NCBI RefSeq assembly: GCF_037042905.1
Contig: NC_087257.1
Location: forward strand, 20,274,001-20,338,000
Reading direction: 5' to 3'
Source of the DNA: Lytechinus pictus
Taxonomy: Eukaryota
Length of the DNA: 64,000 bases
Of this stretch, positions 1 to 13,180 are shown piece after piece. How positions within the stretch are numbered: the stretch's first letter is position 1; each line of letters opens with the position of its first letter. The notes beneath the pieces are model-generated. The model saw nothing but the letters and a program-made list of their open reading frames with translations, searched no databases and was not told where the DNA came from. The translations under genes were made by a program, and so were the position numbers.

Positions 1-1819
1 CAATACTACCTTTGCCATTCATAGATCATCAAATACAATTCATTCCCTGAGAACATGTAGTTTATTATTCCGCATTTTTTGTCGGTAGGGGGTCTGAAAC
101 TTTTCTGCAGCAACATTGATGATGTGAATTCTTGGGCAACTGATAAAGTCCCCAAAGAATACCCAAAGGATCAAATCATACTACTTATAGATGCTTTGTT
201 ACAGTGTTAAACACTCAACCCGTTCCTCGGATATAATGTTAATGGAAGCCCCCTTGTAGACGTGAGTCAACACTTTTGCACGTTAAGAACCCACTCTAAT
301 ATTCGTACAAGTCTGATCTAGGGGAAAACCCGGGTATAATGGACCACCTGCATTCCCCCAATAATTTACACCGGGAGGAGAGTCCTGCCCGTCATAGTAT
401 TCTCAGTTCGCCTTTCGCCTCCCTTGTACAGGGGACCCCAAACAAAGAATGATTAGAATAATTGATTTCATAATATGAAATTATTTGTATGTATGAACCC
501 GATTAGGGTACGGGTCGAGGAAAAATAATAAGTGGTTTGCGGCCCAATCTACATACCTTCAGTTGGGTTACCCAAGGCAAAGAGGATCATCAATAAGAGA
601 AGTAATCTGATGCACTCTCCTTTGTTCATCATTTCCGAATGTCTATCAAAAAATAGATGAAAATAAAACATATGCTCCACTGGTCTCTAAAATAAATGAA
701 CAGTTACGAAACAACCATTCGAAAAATAAGTTACCTCAAACTTCCCTTGATAAAATACATGAAATAGTATACCCAGGTGCTCTGTGTCCGGACGATTGAT
801 TTTAAACGTCCATTCGGAAAAGTTACTAACTAAAATCTCATCAATTTTAGTACAAACTGTTTGGCAATATCAGAGAAAACAAACTTGAAGAAATTACAAC
901 TATTGAATTTATAATTTTTTGTGTAATTCAGACATACTAAAGAAGGCTACAAAATTTCAAGGTGTCCGCACACCCATCCTCCGTGACGCCATCTGCCCCT
1001 AATTGGTTTGTTGACCAGGATGCACGTTTAATGATTAACTAAAAAAAATCAAAACTTTCTTATTCTGCGTCTAATTTTGATGGAAATGTGTTGTTGTTGG
1101 TTTTTTTTATGTTGGTGGATGACTTGTTTTAAATACATCATTAGTTCGGCTTGACGTTGGAGGTTTAGACTGCCAGACGATTTTTTATTATTTCAGAAGG
1201 CAGATCGTCGCCTGTGGTATTTGCGAAATAAATATTGAAATATAATTATGTTCATTTCTTATTTGCATAGACCTTTTTGCTATTTTGCACTTTTTTTATT
1301 TTCAATACTTGAGGAGCGCATTAATTTCGTAACACATTTGAATTGAGTATTTCTGAGTGTTTAAACTAGAAATTAATGTGTTTGAATGTACTTGATTTTC
1401 AGGGACAATATTGACAGAATGACGTCTAATATTTTATGTAAACCTAGCTAAGTTGAAATTATGTCGGGGGATTTTTCGTTTTTCTCTCATTTTATTTTTG
1501 TGTATTCAGTCATTTTGATTTTTGAAATTGAATAAAGTTGAGGTAACATCAAGAAATCAAGTAAATTCAAATTAAAACTGTTAAAGTAATGAATACTAAT
1601 TAAATATTAGGCAATAATTTTCAACAATCTTCAAGTGATTTTAACTAATTATTTTTACAGTGCATTAACCATGTTAACCTTCCCAATGTTTACTGAGACA
1701 ACGTCATTTTAATGAGGTTTTAGATTGTGGATGGAACAATGTAAATTGTTTATTTTAATAAACCAAATAATACCTGTCAAAGTATTCTTACAGTCTACTG
1801 ATTTGAGACTGGGGGCATC

Positions 1820-2209
1820 AGGTAAATTGTCAATTCGTCCACTCACCACATGGTCTACCTTCCTTTAGTCTAATGCCATTCAGTCCATCAACATTTCTTG
1901 TAACAACCATTTGGTCCAATCTTCACTTCGTCTAATCACCAGTTCGTCTATTCACATTTCGTCTAATAACCAGTTGGTCTAATACCCATTTTCTTTTCAT
2001 TCATTTTGCACAATTAACACTTTAGTTTAATTAGACCACATGGTATATGGACTAAATGGCTATTGGACCAATTGGTTATTAGACGAAATGGCATTATACT
2101 ATTAATGAAAGTAGACCATGTGGTGAGTGGACGAACTAATGGTAGACCAAATGATATAGACGAGTTGACAATTGGACGAATTGGCATTAGACGATTTTGA
2201 AATAAACCG
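1820..2209. repeat. Palindromic MITE built of ~20-bp TTGGTCCAAT/TTCGTCTAAT repeats (related partial copies at ~2660-2970 and ~55630-55720)
   Basis: Inverted arms such as TTCGTCCACTCACCACATGGTCTAC versus GTAGACCATGTGGTGAGTGGACGAA. Confidence 0.6.
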
Positions 2210-3234
2210 GGGCATTATACCTCCTTCTTATGATGTCGGCCTTCGTTCGCGCCAAAATATAGCACTCACAGCCTTGAAAACATAACATACAAACCAGTAT
2301 AATAAAAAAAAAATGATCACTATTATTTACAAAAAAGCAAAGTTATTCGTAAAAAAATATTTCCATATTGATAACACAATTTATATTTTAGAATCTTTTT
2401 GTCATATACCATGAAGAAGTTGAAATGATGACATTGAAAGTCGGACGAATAGTGGATATTCATGCAACTTAATTCACTTGAGTAAGATGTCTGCAAAGAA
2501 ACATGTCTGCAAAGAAAATAAGTAAATTTTACTAAAAACTGCCAAAGTTATAAATACGTGAAGAGAAGCAGTTTCTTAACATAATTTAATTAAGCTAATA
2601 TCAAGGTATTTTATACAGAGGAGTTGGTATAAGGTGTACATGGTCTAAGACCTATACTTGGTCGGTATTTATGTCCACTACGTTTAAAACCGTTTGTCCA
2701 ATGACCATGTCGTCTTATGCTGTTTGGTCCAATATCATTTCGTTCAATAGTAATTTCATCCACTTCGTCAAAATGCCACTTCGTCCAATAGACATTTCGT
2801 CCAAATGCCATTTGGCCCAAAAGCTACTTCGTCCACTTGTCCAAATTTGGTCCAGTTTGGTTCAATACCCACTTGGACCAATTAATATTTAGTCCAATTA
2901 ATACCTTCTTGGTAAAACTGACAGTTGGTCCAATACCCACTTGGTCCAATGCTCATTTAGTCTAATGTGTATCAATCTATCGCGTGGTTATATCGCCCCT
3001 TGGCTCTGGCCTCTCATACACCCCTCCACCTCCACACATTCACCCCTTTTGTGAGCACTATTGACTTTCCAATATCAGATATACAATGCACAATAATTTT
3101 CTATTCATATCTCAAAATTAAAAAAAAATAAAGTTAAACAAAAACAAAACAACAAAAAATGCTACAATTCCGTGGATTTAAAGAACACGTAAATAATACA
3201 AGTGCCATGTCAAAATTAAATGACGCCTGATGCA

Positions 3235-3260
3235 AGAGAGAGAGAGAGAGAGAGAGAGGG
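3235..3260. repeat. (GA)n microsatellite
   Basis: Direct observation. Confidence 0.9.
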
Positions 3261-3976
3261 AGAAGGGGGAGGGGGATGAGCATTGGATAATTTGTGATTT
3301 TCATCAGGATCCATAAATGATTCAGGAGTACAATAAGAGAACATTAATTTATTGCTGGTCAGTGTGGAATTAGCATCAAATTGTCACCATGGCAAGTACG
3401 TCATGTAAGCTAGGTGAAGGACGTTAAAGTACTCAGGGAATCCTTGCTGCCCTTCTGGGATGAAAAAAAAAAGGGTTTCTCTGTAATATATATTAAAAAT
3501 CACGACATCATTGTCATTTTTTTTTTATTGTTTGGGGGTGTATTATGACATCATTTGAGATGGACACTAGAAAAGTGTACAAGTACAAGTGAAAATTGTC
3601 CCCATCAATCCAAAAGCAGTCACAATGGGCCTAAAGAAACTGACAAGCGAAATAACTCCTTTGTACCTGGCCATACAGCATGGAACAAGGGGCTGAAGTG
3701 GGTAGCTTGATAATCCCAACACTATTGTAAAGACGATCTATGTACGTCTAACAAGAGAGGACTTGGACCGCACAATTTCCCGTGATGAGCACGGTAACTT
3801 CACCAGCATTATAAACCTGTCACTCGCTCTTCCACAACAATGATTCACAGGCCAAAGACATCAGAAGACTCTGTACCACTGGCAAAAATGTTGACATCCA
3901 CTAATGGTTCCGCTGTTCGCCAATCGGATTGTTGATGTAAAGAAGCTGACCATGGCCATCAATGAAGCTTGCTAAC

Positions 3977-4092
3977 CAGTAGCGTACCGTGACTCGGAGG
4001 AGACAAAGCATTGGGGGGGCAAAGCATTGTTCACAGACAATGCACTGCCCCCCCCCAATGCTTTGTCTCCTGCGGTTCACGGTACGCTACTG
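3977..4092. mobile_element. hAT-like MITE (116 bp)
   Basis: Near-palindromic, CAGTAGCGTACCGTGA...TCACGGTACGCTACTG; perfect 8-bp TSD TTGCTAAC (3969-3976 / 4093-4100). Confidence 0.85.
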
Positions 4093-4291
4093 TTGCTAAC
4101 ACATTCTAGACCTGGGTGTTCAAACATGGACTGGATGATTCCTGAAGGAAAAGGTAAAAATGAGAGGAATTGTAGATACTGTCATATTCAAGTGCAGGAA
4201 TTGTGAATTTGAATCAACTGCTCTAAAGTTTTTTCAGAGAGATAGTTAAGACAGGATCAGGGAGAAAAACTGATGTAGACTCTACCAAACA

Positions 4292-6287
4292 CATAGGCGG
4301 ATCCAGGGGGAGGGTGGCCGAGGGGCCTGGCCCCCCCCCTTATTGGCGGAACAAAAAAGGAAAAGAAAGAAAAAAGGGAAAAGAGAGGAGAAAAATAAGA
4401 GGAGGAAGACGATTGAATAAAAAAGATTAAAATGAGGAGAAGACTTGAAAAATAAAAACAATTTTTCATGTCACTATATAAAATTTTCGCTCGCGCTTCG
4501 CGCTCGCATTGCCTGTTAGGTGATTTTTACATAACTTGTTCAATATTGAGCTTAAATATCAAGTTCGGAAGTCAATATACAAAACATATTTCCCCTCGGA
4601 AATCGAACTTTCATTATTTTGTGTGATTTACAAATTGATTTTTGTAAAGTGCTCTGTAAAAATGTCAGTTTTATGGTCTGAATATTAACATTTTCTGCTC
4701 GCGCTGCACGTTCGCAAATTTTTGACTTATCAGGTACTTATTATTTACGTGTATTCCATAAATTTGTCAAAATATCCCTTTTCAGGCCTGAATGTCAAAA
4801 CGTATCAGCTAGCGCTGCACGCTCGCATTTTGATTGGCGAGTTATGTATGTGTCAATAATGATTACACAACAAACTACTTAAATTCCCCTTTTCATGACA
4901 GTTTATCAAAAATTTCGGCTCGCGATATGCACTCGCATTAATTCTGCGCCCTCATTATGCATTAATGAATAAGATATCCATTCAATAATTAAATTGGCCC
5001 TTTTGTTTTATCTCGCGCTTAATTAGTAAGAGGAATAGAAAGATAGTCATCATTTTCATATGATGACATGTCCTAAGGATGTCCCGGTCCTATGTCAAAA
5101 CTCAAAGTGATAATAATGAAAAACAGCTCTTTATTAAGTGCAATCCATATCCATGTCACAATATTCCTACAAAGTGCTTTAAATATAGAGCTAAAATTTA
5201 CCCCTTTTTTTTAGATCGAAATATCAAATATTTTAAGCTCGCGCTTCGCACTCGCTTTGATTTTCATGATAAAGATGTATTTAGAATGCCTAGATTGGAT
5301 TAAGTCTTAAACACGCGCGCGCATCTTCTTGCGCTTTGTGCTTGCATTATTAATGTAGGAAGATCCCCTATCACTCATCCTTTTCATGATTTACAAAACG
5401 TGAATAATGTTCCGTTTTTAGGTCTAAATCTCGAATTTGTCTGCTCGCGCTTCGCGCTCGCATCAATTGTTTAGTTATATAGCTTATCCTGTTCACGATT
5501 ACAAATATTGATTAAAATTTTCCATTCTTAATGTAGAAATGTCAAAAGTTCAGCTCGCGCTCGCATTATTTGATTGTTGAAATATTTACGTCTCCATGGC
5601 TAAGTGCGAGCAGTCCTTAACTGGTAGGGCCTACCTTTTCGATCAGTTCAAAACGTCTATAAAAAAAATCTGCTCGCGCTTTGCGCTCGCATTATTAATG
5701 TAAGGAAGATACCCAATTACTCATCCTTATCATGATTTACAAAACATGAATAGTGTCTCGTTTCTAGGTCTAAATTTTGAACTTTTGTTAACTTATATAC
5801 CTATTCTGTTTAAGTAACAAAAAGTGCTTAGAATTTCCATTATTTAGGTGAAAATGTCAAAAAAATTTGATTGTTGAACTATGTAAGGTCTTCATGGCTA
5901 ACTGCAAGCAGTAGGTAGGCCTACCTTTTTGATCAGTTCAAAACGTGTATCAAAAATTTCTGCTCGCGCTTCGCGTTCGTAGTAATTATTTAGTTGCATA
6001 CACATCTTTTTCAGGATATCAAATATTGCCTAGAATGTTCAAATTTTAGGAAAAAATACATTAGATGAAAAAAAAATTGCTCGCGCTTCGCGCTCGCATT
6101 ATATAAATAAGGATTATGATATTATATATTTATGTTGAATTAAAAGAATAAAGCTAAAAAGTGGCCATGAGGACTAATCCTTCAGAGAAACAAACAAAAA
6201 TCATGTTCGAGCGGCCGATCGGGGAAATATGGCTGAAAAAATATTCCGGCCCCCCCCCCCTATTGGCGAAGGCTGGATCCGCCCCTG
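4292..6287. mobile_element. Non-autonomous DNA transposon with GGCGGATCCAG termini and an internal GCTCGCGCTTCGCGCTCGC repeat array
   Basis: TIRs CATAGGCGGATCCAG / CTGGATCCGCCCCTG; flanking direct repeat CAAACA; many ~110-bp units each carrying GCTCGCGCTTCGCGCTCGCA. Confidence 0.8.
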
Positions 6288-8309
6288 CAAACATGGTTCT
6301 ACAGGTGGAGCTAGCATATACCAAAACAGTAATGCAACGCTGCTGCAAGCAGAATTCTAACAGCAATGAGCATTCCAACCGGATCACTAAGCGGTTTCCA
6401 AAAAACAGCTAAAACATGTGATAACTTGATATCTGCCATTTTGACTAACATTAGCAAGTTATCAGTTAGATCTCTACAGTATTAGTACTTTTTAGTAGGC
6501 CTAACGTTAGATCTAACAATAAATACGAGATTTGCCTTTGTACCCAGACGTTTATTGCTGTAAAAATCCATATAAAAACTTCAAATTTGACCTTGCCATG
6601 TTGACTCAAAATCATATCTTGGAAAGATGTTGAAAGAGAATTACTAGCAATCAAATAAATGCTGGCCTGTTTATGTTTTGGTCTGCGATCTACACGTATT
6701 TTTTTTTATTACTACGCGCATGCTAGTCTTGCATTTAAGACCCCAATTTAGGCAAGTACCAAAATTACATGTAAAGTCAATGGCAAAAACTGGCATTTTT
6801 ATATTTGTTAGAGTATTTTGAAGAAAACGGCGCCTAGTTAGCTGCCTATTGGGTTTTCAAGATAAAACAGCATGACGGACATTCATTCAGGGTGTTTGCA
6901 CCCCTCCTTTTTAATCAGTTTCCTTCAAGCAGCATCCAACTAGCCCTGTTGACTGCACATTTCCTGTTCAGGCCACACACCACTAACTATTCCCCCATAT
7001 TAGGTTCATGTGTTAAAATGAGATTTGAAAGAAAAAAATTCGCCAAAAATAAGTCTTTATAATGACACCATCCAAACCTTTATCATTTGGTAGTTCATCC
7101 AATACCCTTCAAATGCTAAAAAAATCGAGCTACATGGGCTGAAAACCAGACTTCATGCAAACTTGGTTGTAGTCACAGTGATCACAGGGTTTCTTGGGCA
7201 ACTAATTAAGTTCCCATACAATCCAGCATTGATAAATTACTGCTATCCCATGGGATTGAACATATCCAGTAGTAATCCCTCACTATGCCCATATGAAAAA
7301 AAAAAATAGGTACGGGTCTAAGGGGGAATTCCGAAATTGCCGGATCCTATTTGTAGTGTGCGGCCTTCAGGGAAGAGGGACAAACGCAGATGGCGCTCCA
7401 TTCCAGATATAGACAAAACGAATTAAAGTGGGGATAAAATTTCATTGAAACTTGCTGTGAAAAAATAACCACAGGGTTAGTTTTTAATTTTACATACCAC
7501 ATAACTTGGAAGAAGTAGGTTTTTATACCCTTCACCTCCAAAATATAAAGGACCCTAACTTTGTGACTCGTGACAATCTTGACGCAGGCAATTAAGGTAT
7601 CAAGTTAAGACGAGTTACTTAGTATTGTACTTGAAAATCATAAGAAATTGAATTTAAATACGAATAAACCACATTCCTTTTTTTTTCGAAACACCATGTA
7701 TAATTGTCATTTGGAGCGGTCACACTTAATGCCTTTTTTAATTAGATTTCAACATAATCTCTGGTGCCCCTGAATCTTTAGTTGGTGCACTTTTTTATCA
7801 TGCACTCCTGCTCAAAATTACGTTATTTCCTGGTTGACTGTGATTGAGAAGTCACTTTTCAGTCATAACCCAATACTTTCGTGAAAAGAGCACAGGATAC
7901 GGATAAGCGTATCAAATCTTGAATTTCCGCTATCAATATCTGATTTTCTTAAAAACAAGTATACATCTTTTTAGAAAAATCAAAGGAGTAATTTCAAACC
8001 GGAGATTGCTTCTTCGGTCATAACCCGATGCTTTCGTGGCAGAGCGCAGGATACGGACGTGCGTAGCATATCTTTGCAGCGGAGATATTCAGGCGTAAAC
8101 AGGAACAAGAGATTCTTGTTTATATCGTTTATGGAACTACACGAGGAAGACGTAAAAACACAGAAGCATTATGTACCATTACCCCCCCCCCATATACAGT
8201 ATGTATATATAACAACCAGTTGCTTGGACTCATCACCAGTATATGCCAGTGGACAACTTATAGTCGCGATTTAATTGTTGGGACTTGACTGGAATGTCAT
8301 TAATTAGCA

Positions 8310-8446
8310 ATGGGTTATCTCGTCAATGATCGCTCGTTCGTCGTCGTCGTCGCCTTCTTCTCGTTGTTGGCCGTGATTCCTAGCTCACAGGCCGGAGGGT
8401 GTAGCTGCCCTCCCCTATGGACAGGCTTTGGTGAACACTGCTACAG
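8310..8446 (+). CDS. Echinoidin-like secreted C-type lectin, copy 1, exon 1 (gene join 8310..8446,13181..13355,14329..14568; 183 aa)
   Basis: Missed by the ORF track. Manual translation MGYLVNDRSFVVVVAFFSLLAVIPSSQAGGCSCPPLWTGFGEHCY(R): signal peptide plus the CPxxW...CY start of a long-form CTLD. Ends AG|GT in phase 2, matching the next exon. Confidence 0.88.
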
Positions 8447-8448
8447 GT

Positions 8449-10778
8449 CAGTGTTGTAGTCAAGGCATAAACCTCCAAGGCCAAGGCCAAGGCCAAGGCT
8501 TTAATTCCCAAGGCCAAGGCTTCAATACCCAAGGCTGAGGCCAAGGCATGGAAACCCAAGGCCAAGGCCAAGGCCTGAAAACCTCAAGGCCAAGGCCAAG
8601 GCCAAGGCATTTCAAACTTTAATAGGTGAGAGCGAGCGAACTGAGCGAGCAAAAATTTTGACTTTTGTACATGAAAAACAAAAATAATTTCATGGTAGAT
8701 TTAGACATAATTTTAAAATAATAATATAGTTACCTTTGTACATATAATTATTATTATTATGTTATTATTAAATTATTATTATAATTTATTATTTTTTATG
8801 TGATTTACATTGCAATAATTATTATTACCACGGTCTTCTGATCCTGGCGTGCCCGTTCTCAACGTATGTCATTCTCCACTCCCTGGGACAGGGGCGGCAG
8901 AACGTATTTTATTTGGGGGGGGGGGGTCTAAACCAAAAAGGGTACTTATATGTCAAAATTGGCATTTAGTGCAAACAGATGTTTTCAAAATGAGATTATC
9001 AACTACGTGAAGTAGTTGTGTATTTTGTGGAAATTGAGTTGACCAAAGCCTTTTTAGTGATTTCTCATTGATAAGACAGATATTTTGATTTAGTGGTTTA
9101 AAAAAAATCAATTTTGAAGTTGAAAAACTTGATGTTTGGTCAATTACAGGGCTAATCACTTTTAAAAGGACATCATTGCGAGATGTTGCCAGCGCGAATC
9201 ATAAGCAAAAACTTTTTGACATTGTGACATAAGAATTAAATATTCCGGGCTGTTTTTGTACTCGTGAAAAAGATGTGCATCTAACTAAGAATTAAGCGCG
9301 AGCTGAAATTTTTAATATACTGACAGGTCTGCAAAGTAAGCTGTTAAGGCCTGCATTTAGCATGTTTAGTGACTCATAAATATGATACATAACTCACCGA
9401 TCAAATAATGCGAGCGCAGAGCGCGAGCTCAAAAATTTGTGATATTCCAACCTGAAAATTTGACATTCTAAACATTTTTTTGTAAACAGGAACATATGAT
9501 ATTGAGTACCTTACATGTACCTAACAATAATTGATGCAAGTGCAGAACGCGAACCAAATATTTGTGATATTCTAACCTGAAAATTCTAAACATTTTTGTA
9601 ACCATGAATAGGATTAATACTGTACTAAACAATAAATGATGCAAGCGCGATCCAAAATTTGGCGATTTTCGAACCTAATTTACTATAAAAAAAATTTAAA
9701 AAAGAGGTCGGGGGTTCAAACCCCGGCCGCGTCAGACCAAAAGACGTTTAAAGATGGAAGTTGCTGCTACCCTGTTTGGCGTTCAATAATTAAAGGGATA
9801 GAGCCTTGTCGATCTGGCGCTGCACAGCGGCTGCCGGGCCCACGATCAATTGGGCAAAACAAATTTTAGGAGTATTTCATTTCTGGTGTCTATTTCGAAC
9901 AATAAAATATGGATTGAAGGAGTAAATGTGATATTATTTTCTTAACATATTGTCACAATCTATCACAAAAATTAGCTTTTCTTATAGTAAGAGGGTGAAG
10001 AATTTTGCTCGCTCTCTTCAATTGCTTTCAACTTTTTTTGGCAGAAATTTTGCTCTATATATATGCCATGCTTGGCCCCTCAAAACTTTTGGTTCATCAT
10101 GCCATTGACATAACCCATTTGGATATGATAAATTTGAAGATTGTGTTCAAGTTTACCAAATCTTTTCAGAATATCATTAATACTTAAAACATTCTTCTTG
10201 GCCAAAGGAAATAATACAATGAAAGTCCTTGTTATTATTCTTTATGAAAAATTGTTGTCAAAATTAGCTGTCAGATCTGTCAGAATTATTCCTGTCATCA
10301 AATCACTGTAATCTTTATCATAATGATTATTACCATCATTATCATCATTAGTCATGATTACAACACGTTACCAATAAATAATGCTATTTTTCATCATTAC
10401 TGTTTTCTTTGTCACATACATGAATATGATGATAATTCTTGATGATGGTGATAATCACAATTTATGGCACTGCTAGTACACTTACTACTGCTGACTGGAA
10501 GTAGTGCCATTGAATATACAGAACAATTACTAATAACATAGTAACATTTATAATTACTTAATTATTTAAAAACAAATGAAAGTACAAAAAACAAAATGCC
10601 TTGAAAAAGCCTTGAAAATGCCTTGAAAATGCCTTGAAATTTCAAGGCTCAAAATCCTCAAGGCCAAGGCCAAGGCCCTCTCAAGGCCAAGGCTTGAATG
10701 TTCAAGGCCAAGGCTTTGAAAAAGTAGGCCTTAAGGCGCCTTAAGGCCAAGGCCGAGCATCAAGGCACTACAACACTG
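8449..10778. mobile_element. hAT-like non-autonomous element (2330 bp) at the lectin 1 exon1/intron1 junction
   Basis: Perfect 12-bp TIR CAGTGTTGTAGT/ACTACAACACTG; 8-bp TSD CTACAGGT (8441-8448 / 10779-10786); subterminal (CAAGGC)n arrays; empty site in lectin copy 2; nested inserts inside. Confidence 0.9.
9703..9915 (+). mobile_element. 5'-truncated tRNA-derived SINE nested in the hAT element
   Basis: B-box-like GGTTCAAACC followed by GACCAAAAGAC...TGCTACCCTGTTTGGCGTTCA (recalled as a MetaSINE-like central domain) and an AATAAA-containing tail. Confidence 0.55.
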
Positions 10779-11016
10779 CTACAGGTATGGCAACAAAATC
10801 ATCAATTAAGTGATATTCTTTTTTGATAGATGCCATAAATCGCACAAAAAATGTAAATGAGATTATGATTTTTGAGCTTTGGGAGTTTGCATGAAGGTGC
10901 TACTAGGTAAAAAGCTTTTTTTGTTGTGTCGAGAAAAGGACGTTTACAGCTAGACTTACAAAACAAGCTCACTCCTTGATTGGCTGCGATGAACTGTCCT
11001 TGACTGTACAACTTTG

Positions 11017-11339
11017 GTTACACTTCGTAATTCCGATGGTTCGTTATTCCAAAGGTTCTTTATTACGAATGTTCGTAATTCCGAAACACGTATTAAAATT
11101 GCCTATATGTTGCCGTTCGTTAATCCAAAAACAAAAAAGGGGTTCGTTAATTCGAACATTTGTGGCGTTACTCCGAAGATTCAATATTCCGGAGGTTCGC
11201 CAATCCGAAAACAAAATAGGGTTCGTTATTCCAAAGGTTCGTAAGTCCGAAAACGAAATAAGGTTCATTATTCCAAAATTTCGTTAAACCTAAAATGAAG
11301 TAAGGCTCGTTATTCCCAAGGTTCGTTAATCCGATAAAT
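11017..11339. repeat. Tandem GGTTCGTTATTCCGAA-type repeat array (MITE arm)
   Basis: More than 12 degenerate copies of GTTCGT(T/A)AT(T)CCGAA; explains the overlapping spurious ORFs here. Confidence 0.65.
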
Positions 11340-11438
11340 GGAATAATATGTGGCGAATCCTGGAAAATGCATGAAGGGAAACCGTGTTGGATGGGATAGA
11401 AACACCGTTGTTGTTTAATTGATATGAGGATGGGAAGG

Positions 11439-11903
11439 CAGGGACGGCGAAACATGTGTTTATTGGGGGGGGGGCAAAGCCAAAAAGAGCACTTATATGT
11501 CGAATTTGGAATTTTGGTGCAAACGAATAATATCACCACGAAATTATCGGCGTGAAGTCGTGTGTTTTGTAGTAATTTAAGTTGAGCAAAGCCAATTTGA
11601 AGTGATTTCTGATTATAATAGGATATATATTTTAGGCTTTATTTCTCCGCGAGGGAGCACAGCGAGCGAGTGGTTTGGATGTGTTTTTTTTTTCAAATCT
11701 GAAGTGGAAAAACTCACTTTTTGGTTAATTATGACGCCTAATTACTGTATTATATTGTACTTCAAAAGGGGTATTTCATTTCGAAAAGGGCACATTTCAT
11801 TTTAAAAAGGACATTTTCCATATAAAAAAGGCATTTTTTCTTACGGAGAATTTCGGGGGAGGGGCAAGTGCCCCCTGCCCCTGGTTCCGCCGCGCCGCCC
11901 CTG
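11439..11903. mobile_element. CAGGG(G/A)CGGC-terminated non-autonomous DNA transposon (related 5' end at ~8889)
   Basis: CAGGGACGGCG...CGCCGCCCCTG termini; imperfect 8-bp flanks TGGGAAGG/TTGAAAGG. Confidence 0.55.
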
Positions 11904-12570
11904 TTGAAAGGGGCTGATCTATCGTTACGACGTGCGTTCACGTACGCATAATTCTCTCAGAGCATGCAGAGGGTGATCGTAGGCTTATGAGGCGAGTTCA
12001 TGACATTTATCCCGTTGCCAGTTAATGCGCTAGCCTAGGCTCGCCCTAGCCTGTGTAACATTTTTTTCTTGTTATTAATGGCAATTTGATAAGTGTTTAA
12101 GAATAACAGGGGGGTTACAGGCCCTACAGATCTGCTTTTCGTGTGCAAAATTTTTTTCCCGCGACACCCGCACCATACATGCATGTACATTACGACTGGT
12201 GGCTGGAGATATTCGAAATGCAGGACCTAATTAAAATACATTATGACATGGATAAGAAAGTGGTTTTTCAAACAAATCGAGTACATATGGAGTGAGGAAA
12301 AGGTTACTGATTTAAGGCTTAGATATAGATCATTACAGTGCATCGAATCGATATTGCATTTAATGTGGATTATTGGTGGATCTCTGGCATTTGATTCCAT
12401 GGGTCAAATCACCTCTCCAGCCGAAACCATTTCGCATGCGTTGATTATGCACACATCATGTATACGTGCGGGTTTTTTTCTTCTGTTTACTCCTACACAA
12501 ACAATATGCATCTAGCACATAATGGGCATTATGCTTTACTTTCCCCAGAAATGGGGATTAGATTCGAATT

Positions 12571-12858
12571 CCCGGGGGACCACTTCCATTGATGAGTGGA
12601 TACCAGGCACGACCATGCGGTTTCGAAAAGCACCCTAAACAAGAGAAGAAAGGATTTTCCAGATTATGAAAATGCATCTCTTAACAAGTGAAACCCTACA
12701 AGTATTGAAAACATATCCTCCTTTTTCAGTATTTTAAACATCGTTTTTTACACCCTTATAACGTTACATAGGCATATACGTAACGTACTTGCCCTCTCTT
12801 TCCCTTTTTACGCGTGGTCGCGCCTGGTATCCACTCTTCAATGGAAGTGGCCCCCGGG
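12571..12858. mobile_element. CCCGGG-terminated MITE
   Basis: ~45-bp TIR CCCGGGGGACCACTTCCATTGATGAGTGGATACCAGGC and its inverse at the right end; no clear TSD. Confidence 0.7.
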
Positions 12859-13180
12859 CGGCCTCTAGAGCTCTGGGAGGAACCAAATGTGGCTTTGGAA
12901 AGTCGTCCTAAATCGCTGTTACCATAGTAGCAACCAGAATTTCGCACACGAAACGCAAATTGAATGTTTCCGTTCCAGATGCGAAACGAAAAAAAATATC
13001 ATGTCACACAATTTGCATTGCAGGACAGAGTTTTACGACCATGACGACGGGCCCAAAAGTCTCTTCCAAAATCACCTACCGTCGCAAATAAGCGTTCGCG
13101 TTCTCCAACGAAAGGTCGGGACAGTCGCGGCCTGCGCCGCTAAACAAATTATTGCATAATTGTTTGACGTTTCATTTCAG

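Larger units (their letters stand above)
3625..6420 (+). pseudogene. Degenerate 5' part of a Kolobok/Mutator-like DNA transposase, split by two MITE insertions
   Basis: Collinear frameshifted peptides: FVPGHTAWNKGLK, YVRLTREDLD, NRIVDVKKL, FKCRNCEFES, GRK, PNMVLQVEL (restored by removing insert 4292-6287), ILTAMSIPTGSLSGFQKTAK. Family recognised from memory, not by search. Confidence 0.55.

Noticed and set aside
240-450. Possible SINE fragment (GCACGTTAAGAACCC)
   Set aside because: No Pol III boxes or boundaries could be identified, so there is too little support.
8380-8571. ALALAL-repeat ORF on the minus strand
   Set aside because: It is read from the (CAAGGC)n subterminal repeats of the hAT element.
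10976-11339. Regularly spaced repeats resembling a CRISPR array, with overlapping ORFs
   Set aside because: The repeats are degenerate with no unique constant-length spacers, there are no cas genes, and the context is eukaryotic.
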